Counted from the first letter of the stretch, positions 1-8,618 are shown. The stretch: DNA of 32,000 bases from Telmatocola sphagniphila (GCF_018398935.1 NZ_CP074694.1:5520001-5552000); one strand, 5' to 3'. Made by a program: numbers and translations. Notes: generated by a model not told the origin, from the letters alone.

Positions 1-3000
1 CGTCGCATAAATGGCCCAGCGGATCGCAATAACCCCGGCAATAAATACCACTCCTAAAAGCACGCCCAGCCGCAACCAGGGTATCTCCGATAGCCGCGTA
101 GCTGGTAATATCGAGATCAGCGCGGCCAGCACGCCAATCGCCAGACCGACGGCGAACAGCGAAAAATTCTCCCAGTTCAGCAAGCCGCGGATCACCGGCC
201 GGGAGTATCCGAGCGCAGTCAACAGGGCCAATTCCCCGCGCCGTTCGAAAATGTTTCGCAACAGCACCGCCGCCAGGCCCAGCACGCCTAGCAGTAATCC
301 CAGCCCGCCCAGCAATTGGAAGGTCGTCAGATAAGTGTTCTCGACGGCCAGATAATTGGCCACGCGCTGCCGAGTACCGGAAATGCTAGGCCCATAAACT
401 CCCAGACCAGTGAGCAACTGTTTCTGTTGCTCTTCCGGCAGATCGAGCAGGAAGAAGCCGTAACCCTCCTGCTTCGGATAATGCTGCAGGAAGGCTTTGG
501 CACTCATCAGGATCTCGCTTTGAAAAGGCGAATCCTTCAGAGTACCGACCAACTTCACCGAGTAGGGTTTGCCATTTTCATCGGGAATTTCAAACACATC
601 GCCGATGCTTTTCTTCAGCATCCAGGTAGCGGTGTTCTCTTCGACGAAGATGGGAACCGGCTCGCCGGGCGAGACTTCTTCCAATAGAGTCCAGGGATTT
701 TCCGCCGCGTGAATTTGATCGGAAAAGACGAAGCCCCCCCGTTGAAGGAACTCGGCCGAGACGCCCAGCACACGCGGATTGGTGGCCTGATAGAGATTCA
801 AACAGGAGGCATCATCCCCGGCCCGCACGCGGAACGCATAAAGCGACTGCTTGCCCTGCCACTGATCTTCCACGGCTTTGACCTTGCTCGCCACCTCGGT
901 GGCATTCAATTTCTGGTCCTGATAAATGCGTCGCAACCCGGCTAGCAGGTTATCCAGAAATTCCGGTGTGTTAGGAGCCACGAACAGCGGCACATCCAGT
1001 TCCATGATCTCGGGAAAGCCACCCGAACCGCCTTCTTTCTTGGCGAAATCGGCCTCCGGCTCCCGGCGGAAGGATTCCACCGCCACCAGTAGAAATCCGG
1101 CACTGGCTAACAGCCCGGCGGTCAGCAGACTGCGCGTCGGGTTCCGGGCGGTATTGGTCCAGGCCAGATTGCCGAGACTGCGAACAGGTGTTTTGTGCGA
1201 CTTCAAGCGGATCCAGAGCATTCCCAGAAGGAAAATCAAAATGCCACTCCCCCCACTGAAGAACGAACCTGCCCGGGGCTCGCCCGGCGGCATATAAGGT
1301 CCCATGACCAAGCAGGCCAGGCCGCCGACTAACACCACCCACAACACGATTTTCAGTATGCGATGCCGCCGCGGATTCACCTCCTGCGTTTCGATCCGCT
1401 CATCCAGTTGGCTGCTGGTCACTCCCTTCAGTAACAACGCTGGCGGAATCTTACGCAGGATTCGCACGGCCCAGCGGATGGCGAATAAAGACATTCCAAC
1501 CGAGGCGATCAGGCCGATAATCAAACTCGTCGGACCGATGTGCAGACGCAGAAAGCTCCGCACGCTGGCATCGGGCCAGAGCACTTTCAACATGTAGAGC
1601 ATGCCGGCCGCGAAACCGATCGCCCCCAATAGACCTAACAGGCTGCCGATCAAGGACAGCAGCATGCCCTCCTGAGTGAGAAGGCTGCGAATCCAGGTCG
1701 GAGAAAAACCACTGGCCTCGAGCAGGCCGAATTCTTTAGCTCGGCGTTCGACATTCAGCCGGAACATCAGGCCGACTAGCAACAGAGCGGCCACGATCAA
1801 AAAGAAGCTGAACCCAAGAAAGAGCATCCCGAAATCGTTGCTGCCCGAGCTGGATTTCAGCAGCCGTTCGCGAATCGGCTCGAAAACGAAGCCGCCTGCC
1901 TTGGGATCGAGATGTTTCAAAAAGGCTTGAGAAAACTGCGTCAGCCCGGCGTTCAAATCCTGACCGGCCGTCGGCGCAATTCGCACGCTGGTCGTATCGC
2001 CAAAGCGACTGGCAAATAGTTTGCGGGCGGCGTTGAGCGTGATGTAAGCCTTCGGCGTCGTCTTATAGCGCCGCCAGTAGTTATCGTCGTTCGATTTGAC
2101 CCGGCTTTGATCGTAAGGAAACGGGGGATCCCAATTCGAAATCGAAAGCTTGTCGGTAATGCCGGGAAACTCGGGGGTCAAATCGGGATCGGCCGCGACC
2201 CCTTCGAGAGGAATGAACCCCTTCAGCTTGAACTCCGTTTTGGCCGACTTGATTTCTCCTTCGATTTCCGGTTCGAAATATTCGAGTCGAATGGTGTCAC
2301 CGATTTTCACCTTCAAGGGCGATTCTCGCCAGGCCGATAGGACGATCTCATAGTCTTTCAACTCGGTCACCCCTTCGGGCAGGAATTTGCCCAGCGGCTC
2401 GGACTGCGTAGGATCGAGCCCGGCCACAATCGAATAAGGAATGGCTTGTTGGTCGTGGGCGATGCTATTGGCCAGATAAACGAAGGTATCGGCCGCGCGG
2501 AAGTTCAGATCCTTGGCCGCTTGATGCGCGGCCTCCACCGCCGCCGGTTCCAAAACCAGTCGTTTGCTCTCCACGCTGATATAGCTTTTCAGTTTTTTCG
2601 GGATGTGGACTTTCAGTCCCCAGTCTTCGAGGGTCAGCTTTTCCGCAAGTAACCCGCTTGGATCCTTCTTCTCGGATACCAGGGAGAAAATCGCGTTGAT
2701 TTGCCCCGGCTGATTCAACGCTTCCTGAAGCACTTTCAAGGGCACGAACAGATTCAACGGCATACTGGGGGTCGGGCTGAGTTGAAACAGATTGCCCGGA
2801 TGATCGGCCGGAAGAATGCGATCGACTTTTAATGAGACCGATTGCGTGGTGTCGGTGGTGCCGCGCCGGCCCAGCACCGAGGAACGAGGCATGGCCGAGG
2901 CCTTCTGCACATTCAGTTGAACGGAATCTCCGACCTGTACGTGAAGCTGACTGGCTAACTCGGTGGAAAGAGCTACTCCCGACAGTGCTTCCGATTCCGT

Positions 3001-3327
3001 CAGCAGGTGCGGGGTACCCAGGACGGTAACTTTGCCCGAGCGCAGAGTGGGATCTTTCTGGGAGCCGACGCTTCCCTGTAATAATAAGCCCGGCGTACTC
3101 CCCAAACTCGTGGCCAGTTCCTCGCGGAAGAAGCGCGGTGCGATCAGCACCCGTTCGATGCCGTTAAGCTGATCTTCGGCCCGCTGCCGCAGCGAACCCC
3201 GCAGCGAATCGCCGACGAGCAGCGCGCCCACGAGTACAGCGGTTCCCACCGCCGCGGCAAAAAGAACGGACAGATTGCTCCGGCCATGATACACTAAGTT
3301 CCGGAGGATTAAGGAGTTCCGATTCAT
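1..3327 (-). CDS. ABC-transporter permease, FtsX/MacB-type with two FtsX domains (C-terminus runs off the window start)
   Basis: Hand translation of the minus strand from ATG (3327-3325) gives MNRNSLILRNLVYHGRSNLSVLFAAAVGTAVLVGALLVGDSLRGSL... and stays open for all 1109 codons to base 1. A mid-gene segment (...FGMLFLGFSFFLIVAALLLVGLMFRLNVERRAKEFGLLEASGFS...) and the terminal segment (...LLGGLGLLLGVLGLAAVLLRNIFERRGELALLTALGYS...) are classic FtsX signatures. It is missing from the ORF track because no stop lies in the window. The + strand ORFs listed over 11..3172 are antisense shadows. Confidence 0.85.
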   Translation of the reverse strand, partial: MNRNSLILRNLVYHGRSNLSVLFAAAVGTAVLVGALLVGDSLRGSLRQRAEDQLNGIERVLIAPRFFREELATSLGSTPGLLLQGSVGSQKDPTLRSGKVTVLGTPHLLTESEALSGVALSTELASQLHVQVGDSVQLNVQKASAMPRSSVLGRRGTTDTTQSVSLKVDRILPADHPGNLFQLSPTPSMPLNLFVPLKVLQEALNQPGQINAIFSLVSEKKDPSGLLAEKLTLEDWGLKVHIPKKLKSYISVESKRLVLEPAAVEAAHQAAKDLNFRAADTFVYLANSIAHDQQAIPYSIVAGLDPTQSEPLGKFLPEGVTELKDYEIVLSAWRESPLKVKIGDTIRLEYFEPEIEGEIKSAKTEFKLKGFIPLEGVAADPDLTPEFPGITDKLSISNWDPPFPYDQSRVKSNDDNYWRRYKTTPKAYITLNAARKLFASRFGDTTSVRIAPTAGQDLNAGLTQFSQAFLKHLDPKAGGFVFEPIRERLLKSSSGSNDFGMLFLGFSFFLIVAALLLVGLMFRLNVERRAKEFGLLEASGFSPTWIRSLLTQEGMLLSLIGSLLGLLGAIGFAAGMLYMLKVLWPDASVRSFLRLHIGPTSLIIGLIASVGMSLFAIRWAVRILRKIPPALLLKGVTSSQLDERIETQEVNPRRHRILKIVLWVVLVGGLACLVMGPYMPPGEPRAGSFFSGGSGILIFLLGMLWIRLKSHKTPVRSLGNLAWTNTARNPTRSLLTAGLLASAGFLLVAVESFRREPEADFAKKEGGSGGFPEIMELDVPLFVAPNTPEFLDNLLAGLRRIYQDQKLNATEVASKVKAVEDQWQGKQSLYAFRVRAGDDASCLNLYQATNPRVLGVSAEFLQRGGFVFSDQIHAAENPWTLLEEVSPGEPVPIFVEENTATWMLKKSIGDVFEIPDENGKPYSVKLVGTLKDSPFQSEILMSAKAFLQHYPKQEGYGFFLLDLPEEQQKQLLTGLGVYGPSISGTRQRVANYLAVENTYLTTFQLLGGLGLLLGVLGLAAVLLRNIFERRGELALLTALGYSRPVIRGLLNWENFSLFAVGLAIGVLAALISILPATRLSEIPWLRLGVLLGVVFIAGVIAIRWAIYAT

Positions 3328-3401
3328 TGGGAAAGCAGTCCCCGCTTGCGTTTGCCAGCACTCTAAGCCTTTATTGTATCTGTAGACTTTCGGAGATTGT
3401 G

Positions 3402-3998
3402 ATGAAACGTTTGCTCTTAACGACGATCTGCCTCTTAAGCGTCGGCTACTCCCTGCCCGTCCGCGCTCAGGAACCCTCCGGAGTAGATGAGCGAGCCCGC
3501 GGTGAGTTCATCCATCGTGATTCCGGAACCCTGTTCAAAACTCCTCCCGGCTGGAAGGCCATCACTCCACAGCGCTTGCGCCGCGATGCTAAAACCAGTG
3601 TCATGGGGCTCGAACGGCCCAACGATGTGAATGTGATCGTGAACGTGACCTACTCGCCGCTGGAAGGCCGAAAGTTCAGCGATTCGGTGAATTCGGCGCC
3701 GGATTCGAATGGCGAGTACGGCGAAGAACATACCATGCTGACGACCATTTACGGCAAGGATCGCGTGAGCAAGCCGCAACTCATGCAGGTGGGCGGTTTC
3801 GCAGTGTACAAGATCAAGGTGGAGTCCGGGGCGTTTCCGGAAGATCAATCGGTGGGACTGGTCTACCTGTTCGAAAGCGGCCTCAGCGACAAGCGCTGGA
3901 AAATCAAGGTGCGGGCGAATGTGCCGAAGATCGCGGAAGCGGCTGATACCGAAGCACTGAATTCCCTGCTGAATGCGTTCAGTGTGGAAGGGCGATAG
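3402..3998 (+). CDS. secreted hypothetical protein (signal peptide)
   Basis: ATG at 3402 is preceded by GGAG (3392-3395). The N-terminus MKRLLLTTICLLSVGYSLPVRAQEP looks like a cleavable signal peptide. The track start at 3327 (TTG) would sit on the divergent permease start codon, so the internal ATG is preferred. No family recognised. Confidence 0.6.
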   Translation: MKRLLLTTICLLSVGYSLPVRAQEPSGVDERARGEFIHRDSGTLFKTPPGWKAITPQRLRRDAKTSVMGLERPNDVNVIVNVTYSPLEGRKFSDSVNSAPDSNGEYGEEHTMLTTIYGKDRVSKPQLMQVGGFAVYKIKVESGAFPEDQSVGLVYLFESGLSDKRWKIKVRANVPKIAEAADTEALNSLLNAFSVEGR

Positions 3999-4013
3999 GG
4001 CAGTAGCAAATTG

Positions 4014-4080
4014 CTTCGTTCACCCGCCTGTTTTCGTTAGCCCGCCTGTTTTCGTTCACCCGCCTGTTTTCGTTAGCCCG
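4014..4080. repeat. tandem 18-bp repeat, units alternating CACCCGCCTGTTTTCGTT / AGCCCGCCTGTTTTCGTT (about 3.5 units)
   Basis: Read directly: ...cttcgtt cacccgcctgttttcgtt agcccgcctgttttcgtt cacccgcctgttttcgtt agcccg. It generates the artefactual PPVFV / NENRR peptide repeats in ORFs 3973..4530(+) and 3979..4188(-). Confidence 0.9.
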
Positions 4081-4233
4081 ACGCGTCAGCGAGGGCAGAA
4101 CGAAGCGATATTTATCCAAACCCAAAAGCATAGCACCGGATACGTTTTCACCAGACGTTCCGGATCCCCATCGCAAGAAGTTGGACATGGATATATGTTT
4201 TGTATCTTGCCCTCGATGACTCGTCGGGCTAAC
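4072..4233. repeat. 26-nt inverted-repeat pair bracketing 110 nt (MITE-like or structured element)
   Basis: 4072-4097 gttagcccgacgcgtcagcgagggca matches the reverse complement of 4208-4233 tgccctcgatgactcgtcgggctaac at 24 of 26 positions. An internal hairpin ccggaTacgt...acgttccgg lies at about 4136-4163. Confidence 0.8.
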
Positions 4234-4510
4234 AGTCCCTGTCAGATCTATTTTTCTGCAGAATTGATTTGTCTCAAATATCTATCTTGCATTTCAAAAA
4301 GAGGGCAGAACGAAGCGATATTAATCCAAACCCAAAAGCATAGCACCGGACACGTTTTCACCAGACGTTCCGGATCCCCATCGCAAGAAGTTGGACATGG
4401 ATATATGTTTTGTATCTTGCCCTCGATGACTCGTCGGGCTAACAGTCCCTGTCAGATCTATTTTTCTGCAGAATTGATTTGTCTCAGATATCTATCTTGC
4501 ATTTCAAAAA
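4091..4510. repeat. 2 x 210-bp head-to-tail tandem duplication
   Basis: Unit 1 (4091-4300) and unit 2 (4301-4510) both begin gagggcagaacgaagcgata and end cttgcatttcaaaaa. I count 3 differences (tttatcc/ttaatcc, ggatacg/ggacacg, ctcaaat/ctcagat). Confidence 0.95.
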
Positions 4511-5076
4511 GTTCGGCCCGTCTTCATTGACACTTTTTCTATTCCCCAAGCGCATGATCCTGTCGCCCGAGCTAAAAATCAGTCTTTCTATTCTTCGGTA
4601 GATTAATCCTCTTCCCGTGCAGGTGCTACCAGAAGCGAATAGAGCGATGACACATTCCTTTCCAGTTCTTCATAGTTCGATTACAAAAGATTCTCAATAA
4701 AAACTTCTCGGTTAGCCGTTCGAATTCGAGCAACTTCTCGTTCCCAGGCTGTTTCGGCAAAGGGACCGTAGAGAGGTTATTGTCCCGGTAAACCGTGAGA
4801 AAACGATCAAAAATGAGAGATATTGGCTTGTTTGTAATTGTTCGCCCGGGTAGTATTTCCTGATTGTGCCCTCCTCCCAGGGTTTCGCTCTTGATCTTGA
4901 AGATTAAGACATTTTTATTTTGACATCGTCCTTTCTGTGCCGCCGACGTCGGTTGATCGAGGCGTTAGTCACGCAGAGGACTTCGCGGTGCTTCGGCTCC
5001 GAGGTGAAAACTCCTGTGACCCAGTTCTTCAATAACCATATTTTCATTATTTTTTGATTTTGGGAGACAAAATAAA

Positions 5077-6369
5077 ATGCCCAGTGAAATGGACGCCGCT
5101 AACTTCTTGGAGGAGGGGGGCAGCCCGGAGGCGGACCGGCAACTAGCCGAGAATTTCGGCATGACCGTAAAACAGGTGCACGACTTCGACCCACAGGAGT
5201 TGGATGTCCGGCGCGCCTGCAAATTCCTGGGTCTTCCTCCGAAGAGATTCGATCAGCTGAGCACGCAAGCTTCGTCGCGCGCCCGCTGGGTGGAATCGGT
5301 GGCCAAGCAAAAGAAAGAGCTGATTGAGGAGTTCCCGGAAGCCAGCAAAGAGATGAAAGAGATGCTGGAGGCGATTCGCAAGTTTGCTTTGAAAAAATGC
5401 CTGAAGCCGGATGGCCCGGCCCAGTCGGAGGGCAGCGAGCCCGCCCCGGCTCGGAAGGCGGCTACCCCGACGCCGCGCAAATCAAGCAGCCGGAGTCGCA
5501 AGAAGGGCAACAATAATCTCCTCGTCGGGGTCGGGATTCTGGCACTCCTCGTGGTCGGTGGTGCGGCTTATTATTTCATGTCCGGGAAGGATAAATCCTC
5601 CGGAGGTGGCGATGCCATCGCCAATCTGGGGGATGAGAATTCGGATAATCCCGAGCAAATTGCCGCCAGAAATCGAGCGGCGGCTTCCTTTGTCTTGAAA
5701 GCAGGCGGCACTATTCGAATCAACGGTGAGATGAATACGGAACGCAATCAACTTCCGGACCAGATGTTTCGACTCACGGGAGCGATCATGCGGGACGCTT
5801 CCTTCGTAACCGATGACGGACTTAAAGTGTTCCGCGGCTGTCGGGATTTGGAAGTATTGGCTATGTTAAATTCCAAGGCGACCAACACGGGATTAGCCAA
5901 TTTCAAAAATCTCAACAACCTAATAATCGTAGCGCTCTCGGGTTATGGTTTCGATGACACCGGTTTGGTGAATTTTGCTCATTGTTCGAAACTGCAACAA
6001 CTCTTGCTGACAAACACGAAAATCACTGATACTGGCCTGACGGCATTCCATAAGCTTCAGAATTTGCAATTTTTGGAAACTAACAATCCCGCCGTCACGG
6101 ATCGGGGAATCTCCGGCTTTGCGGGTGCGACCAAACTTCGCCTCCTGACACTGAGTGAAACGGGTTTGACGGACAAAGGGTTGGCAGCGCTGAAGGAATG
6201 CAAAGAGCTGGAAGCCCTCTATCTCGCGAAGACCAAGATTACGGATAAGAGTGTCCCGACAATTATCGGCTTCGTGAAGTTGAGAAAGCTGCGCATATCC
6301 GGGACGCAAATCAGCGAGGAAGGCAAGCGGGAACTCGCCCGGTCGCTGCCGTTCTGCGAGATCGATTGA
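5077..6369 (+). CDS. membrane-anchored leucine-rich-repeat (RNI-like LRR) protein
   Basis: 430-aa ORF with a charged N-terminal region and one TM helix (LLVGVGILALLVVGGAAYYF). Seven or more approx. 24-25-residue repeats of the form L..L.L..T.ITD.GL (e.g. LLLTNTKITDTGLTAF, LTLSETGLTDKGLAAL, LYLAKTKITDKSV) follow. Confidence 0.8.
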   Translation: MPSEMDAANFLEEGGSPEADRQLAENFGMTVKQVHDFDPQELDVRRACKFLGLPPKRFDQLSTQASSRARWVESVAKQKKELIEEFPEASKEMKEMLEAIRKFALKKCLKPDGPAQSEGSEPAPARKAATPTPRKSSSRSRKKGNNNLLVGVGILALLVVGGAAYYFMSGKDKSSGGGDAIANLGDENSDNPEQIAARNRAAASFVLKAGGTIRINGEMNTERNQLPDQMFRLTGAIMRDASFVTDDGLKVFRGCRDLEVLAMLNSKATNTGLANFKNLNNLIIVALSGYGFDDTGLVNFAHCSKLQQLLLTNTKITDTGLTAFHKLQNLQFLETNNPAVTDRGISGFAGATKLRLLTLSETGLTDKGLAALKECKELEALYLAKTKITDKSVPTIIGFVKLRKLRISGTQISEEGKRELARSLPFCEID

Positions 6370-6385
6370 TTGATCTACTGCTGAG

Positions 6386-6527
6386 TGGTGGTTATCTGCC
6401 AGAGGGAAGATCGGGCCTCTGAAAAGGCTTCCATCCTTCTCCAGAGGCTATGTTAACTTAGGAATTCGATCGTTATCTGGTTTGAGTGAGGGAGTTATCT
6501 GGAATACGCACTAGCAGATAGACAGTG
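6386..6527 (+). repeat. R1a: structured repeat, short relative of the S1/S2 elements
   Basis: 6386-6493 aligns with 7829-7936 (R1b) along its length. Internal hairpin CCTCTGAAAAGG-cttccat-CCTTCTCCAGAGG. It shares, in the same order, GG(C/T)TATCTGC, AATTCGATC, GGGAGTTAT and CT(A/G)GCA(G)ATAG(A/C)CAGTG with the centre of S1 (11972-12084). Confidence 0.6.
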
Positions 6528-6854
6528 ATTCCCGCCGCCGCGCATCTCGGGGAGCGATATCATCTGATTGGCGAAGGCGATTACGAGATCCGAATCCGGA
6601 TCGAAAGCACAACCCGGAAGCGGGAGAAGATCTATTACTTCCTACGGGTGTAAGGTATCTCCTGACAGGAACATTTTCTCGACGTGCTACATTTTAAGCA
6701 TCCCGCCGTTGATTGAGAATCTGTGGGAGTCGACGCGGAACTCGACGCGGCGGGATCTTTCGTCTCGATCTGATCTTCTGAATATTCGAGCCAATTCCCA
6801 ACATTAAAGAAGAATCCCGAAATCACATCAATTAGGTGCTTAATATTAGTCCCA

Positions 6855-6889
6855 TGCGTAAGGGTTTACCAAGGGTAAACCCTTACGCA
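6855..6889. promoter_or_regulatory. 16-bp perfect-stem palindrome / hairpin (loop AAG) about 45 nt upstream of the 6934 ORF
   Basis: tgcgtaagggtttacc-aag-ggtaaacccttacgca read directly. No T-tract follows, so it is not a canonical intrinsic terminator. Operator or recombination-site function is speculative. Confidence 0.7.
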
Positions 6890-6933
6890 GCGGTCAGGAG
6901 AAAAGGTATTCCACTTCTCGCGATTAGTATTTG

Positions 6934-7257
6934 ATGGCTTGCGGAATTATGGATGGTAGCCTTGAAAAAACGAGAGGAATTACCTTGTCCGCAGAAATTT
7001 CCAAAAGCTCGGCTCAGCAAGTTCAAAACTTCAATTCGCTGGCGCGAGACTTACGATTACGTGGCTTGCATCTGATCGAATGGAGTTATCGTCTGGAATC
7101 TACTCCCAAGGAGTGGGAGGAATCCGCTTTGCTGGATTTCATCGACCAGCTTCAGAAAAAGAGCCAGTTTTGGCAGCAGGAAATCGAAGATGCTTATATC
7201 GAAAAAGACACCCTGTCAAATGGAACTCTGCTAGAGCTAGACGACCGAGACCTGTAG
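6934..7257 (+). CDS. hypothetical protein (predicted helical, acidic C-terminus)
   Basis: ORF 6931..7257 in the track (TTG); ATG at 6934 is preferred. No recognisable motif. It lies between R1a and R1b. Confidence 0.45.
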   Translation: MACGIMDGSLEKTRGITLSAEISKSSAQQVQNFNSLARDLRLRGLHLIEWSYRLESTPKEWEESALLDFIDQLQKKSQFWQQEIEDAYIEKDTLSNGTLLELDDRDL

Positions 7258-7332
7258 ACCCAGAGGTTTTTCAGCTGTTGATGCAACTCAGCTCAGCTTA
7301 ACGTGCATAATCGGTAATAATTGTCTCAAACC

Positions 7333-7746
7333 ATGAATCTTGACCGTACGGGGTTTGATTCAAATGGCTCGATTCGATTTTTGTTGATTTCCTCTCGTTC
7401 CAATTTCAGAGAATCTTCCTCTCAAATGATACTTAATACGAATGTTCCCTTTCAGCTTTTTAGCCGGTCAGGCGAACCAATTTGGGATAATGTGGAACTG
7501 ATTCATTCAGGTTCTATCGTCGGTGCAATTTCTCTCCAAAACGCTTGTGTAGTTGAGAAAGCTCCCTCCGCAACGAAGCTGAATAAGGGGTCAATTTACA
7601 TCCTTGTCGATACCCAAGGGAACGGAGCTAAGATCCAAATTTATGAGACACCTGCGGAACTAGCTCAGATTGAACCCTTATACGTCTTTGTTTATGTGAA
7701 AACAGGTTATGATTTTTCCAGTGAAAATGCTAGCAGAAGCCCGTGA
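7333..7746 (+). CDS. hypothetical protein
   Basis: ORF 7321..7746 in the track starts at TTG; the first ATG is at 7333 (MNLDRTGFDS...). It is beta-rich in appearance with no recognisable motif. Confidence 0.5.
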   Translation: MNLDRTGFDSNGSIRFLLISSRSNFRESSSQMILNTNVPFQLFSRSGEPIWDNVELIHSGSIVGAISLQNACVVEKAPSATKLNKGSIYILVDTQGNGAKIQIYETPAELAQIEPLYVFVYVKTGYDFSSENASRSP

Positions 7747-7828
7747 GTACAAATCTACAGATCTCAATTGCGGCCATGGAGCAACCTAAGACTTCAGAGA
7801 TAGGACGGGTAGTCTTCGCCCTCCGGCT

Positions 7829-7941
7829 GGGTGGCTATCTGCCCGAGCGCGAAAGATCGAGCCTCTGAAAAGGCTTCAATCCTTCTCCAGCGGCTATGTT
7901 AACTTAGGAATTCGATGGTTATCTGGTTCGAGTGAAGTGGC
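7829..7941 (+). repeat. R1b: second copy of the R1 repeat, 3' part cut by an IS end
   Basis: gtggctatctgcccgagcgcgaaagatcgagcctctgaaaaggcttcaatccttctccagcggctatgttaacttaggaattcgatggttatctggttcgagtgaag parallels R1a. Similarity stops where the IS terminus TGTCCCGAACC begins (7942). Confidence 0.65.
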
Positions 7942-8618
7942 TGTCCCGAACCGAATTCTGGTCGCATTTGTAGCCGAATTAAAGCTGTAGGGATTTTGGC
8001 ATTTTGAAGAGTGTTTTGCCAAATTCCAGGGAATTTTGGAGCGGTCTGTGGGCCGAGACCGGGGTGCTGCGATGGGCCGGCGTAGTCGGGCACGAGTCGC
8101 CGCCGTTCGCCGTTTATTGCCGAAGTGGTCCAAGAATTTTTGCGGCGAGAAGGCGTGTTCGGCTTGTACTCTCCGCCGAGGAGGCCACAATATAACGGTG
8201 CGATCGAAGCGGGCATTGGATCTATGAAAAGTCGAATCGAACGTAGAGCTGCCTGGGAAGGCCATCCGGAAGTGTGGAACGCTGAGGATGTGGAGGCGGC
8301 TCGACGGGAAGCCAATGCCTTGGCTCGACCGAGAGGAGGTCTGGGTTCTACTCCAGAGACGCTTTGGAAAAGTCGGGAGAGAGTCACGACAGAATCTCGC
8401 GATCAGTTCTGAGAGCTTGTTGAAATCCATTGGAACCGAGCTATGAAGGAGGATGGAAAATCTCCTTCGGGAGTGTTGCTCGAGCAGGAAGCTCGCCGTA
8501 TGGATCGAATTGCTTTACGCCGTGCTCTCGTTGATCACGGCGATCTTTTGTTCAAGAGGGGGCCAATTCCTCTAGGAATTAAATCGCAAAAAACGGCAAA
8601 TATTACGTGAGGGGTACA
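7942..8618 (+). mobile_element. internally deleted IS element with TGT...ACA termini and an rve/DDE transposase remnant (IS3/IS481-like; family unresolved)
   Basis: Left end TGTCCCGAACCGAATTCTGGTCGCA... recurs at 15708. Right end ...AATATTACGTGAGGGGTACA recurs at 10853. The interior is only about 680 bp and the transposase reading frame starts mid-domain. Confidence 0.65.
8086..8610 (+). pseudogene. transposase fragment, integrase-core (rve) C-terminal part, with in-frame TGA at 8410-8412
   Basis: The frame opens right after a TAG at 8083. The sequence ...SPFIAEVVQEFLRREGVFGLYSPPRRPQYNGAIEAGIGSMKSRIE... matches the S.P..P..N..IE....G..K pattern around the third catalytic acidic residue of DDE/rve transposases. 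The same frame continues past the TGA to a stop at 8608-8610 (...MDRIALRRALVDHGDLLFKRGPIPLGIKSQKTANIT). Confidence 0.65.

Noticed and set aside
11-3172. Fifteen or so + strand ORFs (e.g. 316..687, 926..1297, 1304..1597) listed in the track
   Set aside because: They are antisense to the continuous FtsX-permease frame. Their translations are low-complexity R/P/S/G-rich strings with no motifs, typical shadow ORFs of GC-rich coding DNA.
4014-4080. Possible CRISPR-like array
   Set aside because: The 18-bp units are contiguous with no spacers, there are only about 3.5 units, and no cas genes are present.
3973-4530. 185-aa ORF (+) and 69-aa ORF (-) across the repeat locus
   Set aside because: Their peptide repeats (PPVFV..., NENRR...) and the duplicated half simply mirror the DNA tandem repeats. 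There is no start context, and both strands are open because of the repeats.
4629-4964. 112-codon open frame on the minus strand (...LIFDRFLTVYRDNNLSTVPLPKQPGNEKLLEFERLTEKFLLRIF...) in the lower-GC spacer upstream of the LRR gene
   Set aside because: The first ATG/GTG/TTG leaves only 44 codons, and no motif was recognised. It could be a gene remnant, but I cannot support it. BLASTX of 4600-4970 would settle it.
6525-6653. 42-codon GTG-initiated mini-ORF (…GDYEIRIRIESTTRKREKIYYFLRV)
   Set aside because: It is short and has no ribosome-binding site. It also overlaps sequence that shares S-element motifs (GATCCGAA, CGAAAGC, AAGCGGGAG), so it is more likely non-coding repeat-derived DNA.
7894-8430. 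178-aa and 162-aa minus-strand ORFs
   Set aside because: They are antisense to the IS leader and transposase remnant. Their composition is junk-like and the two overlap each other in different frames.
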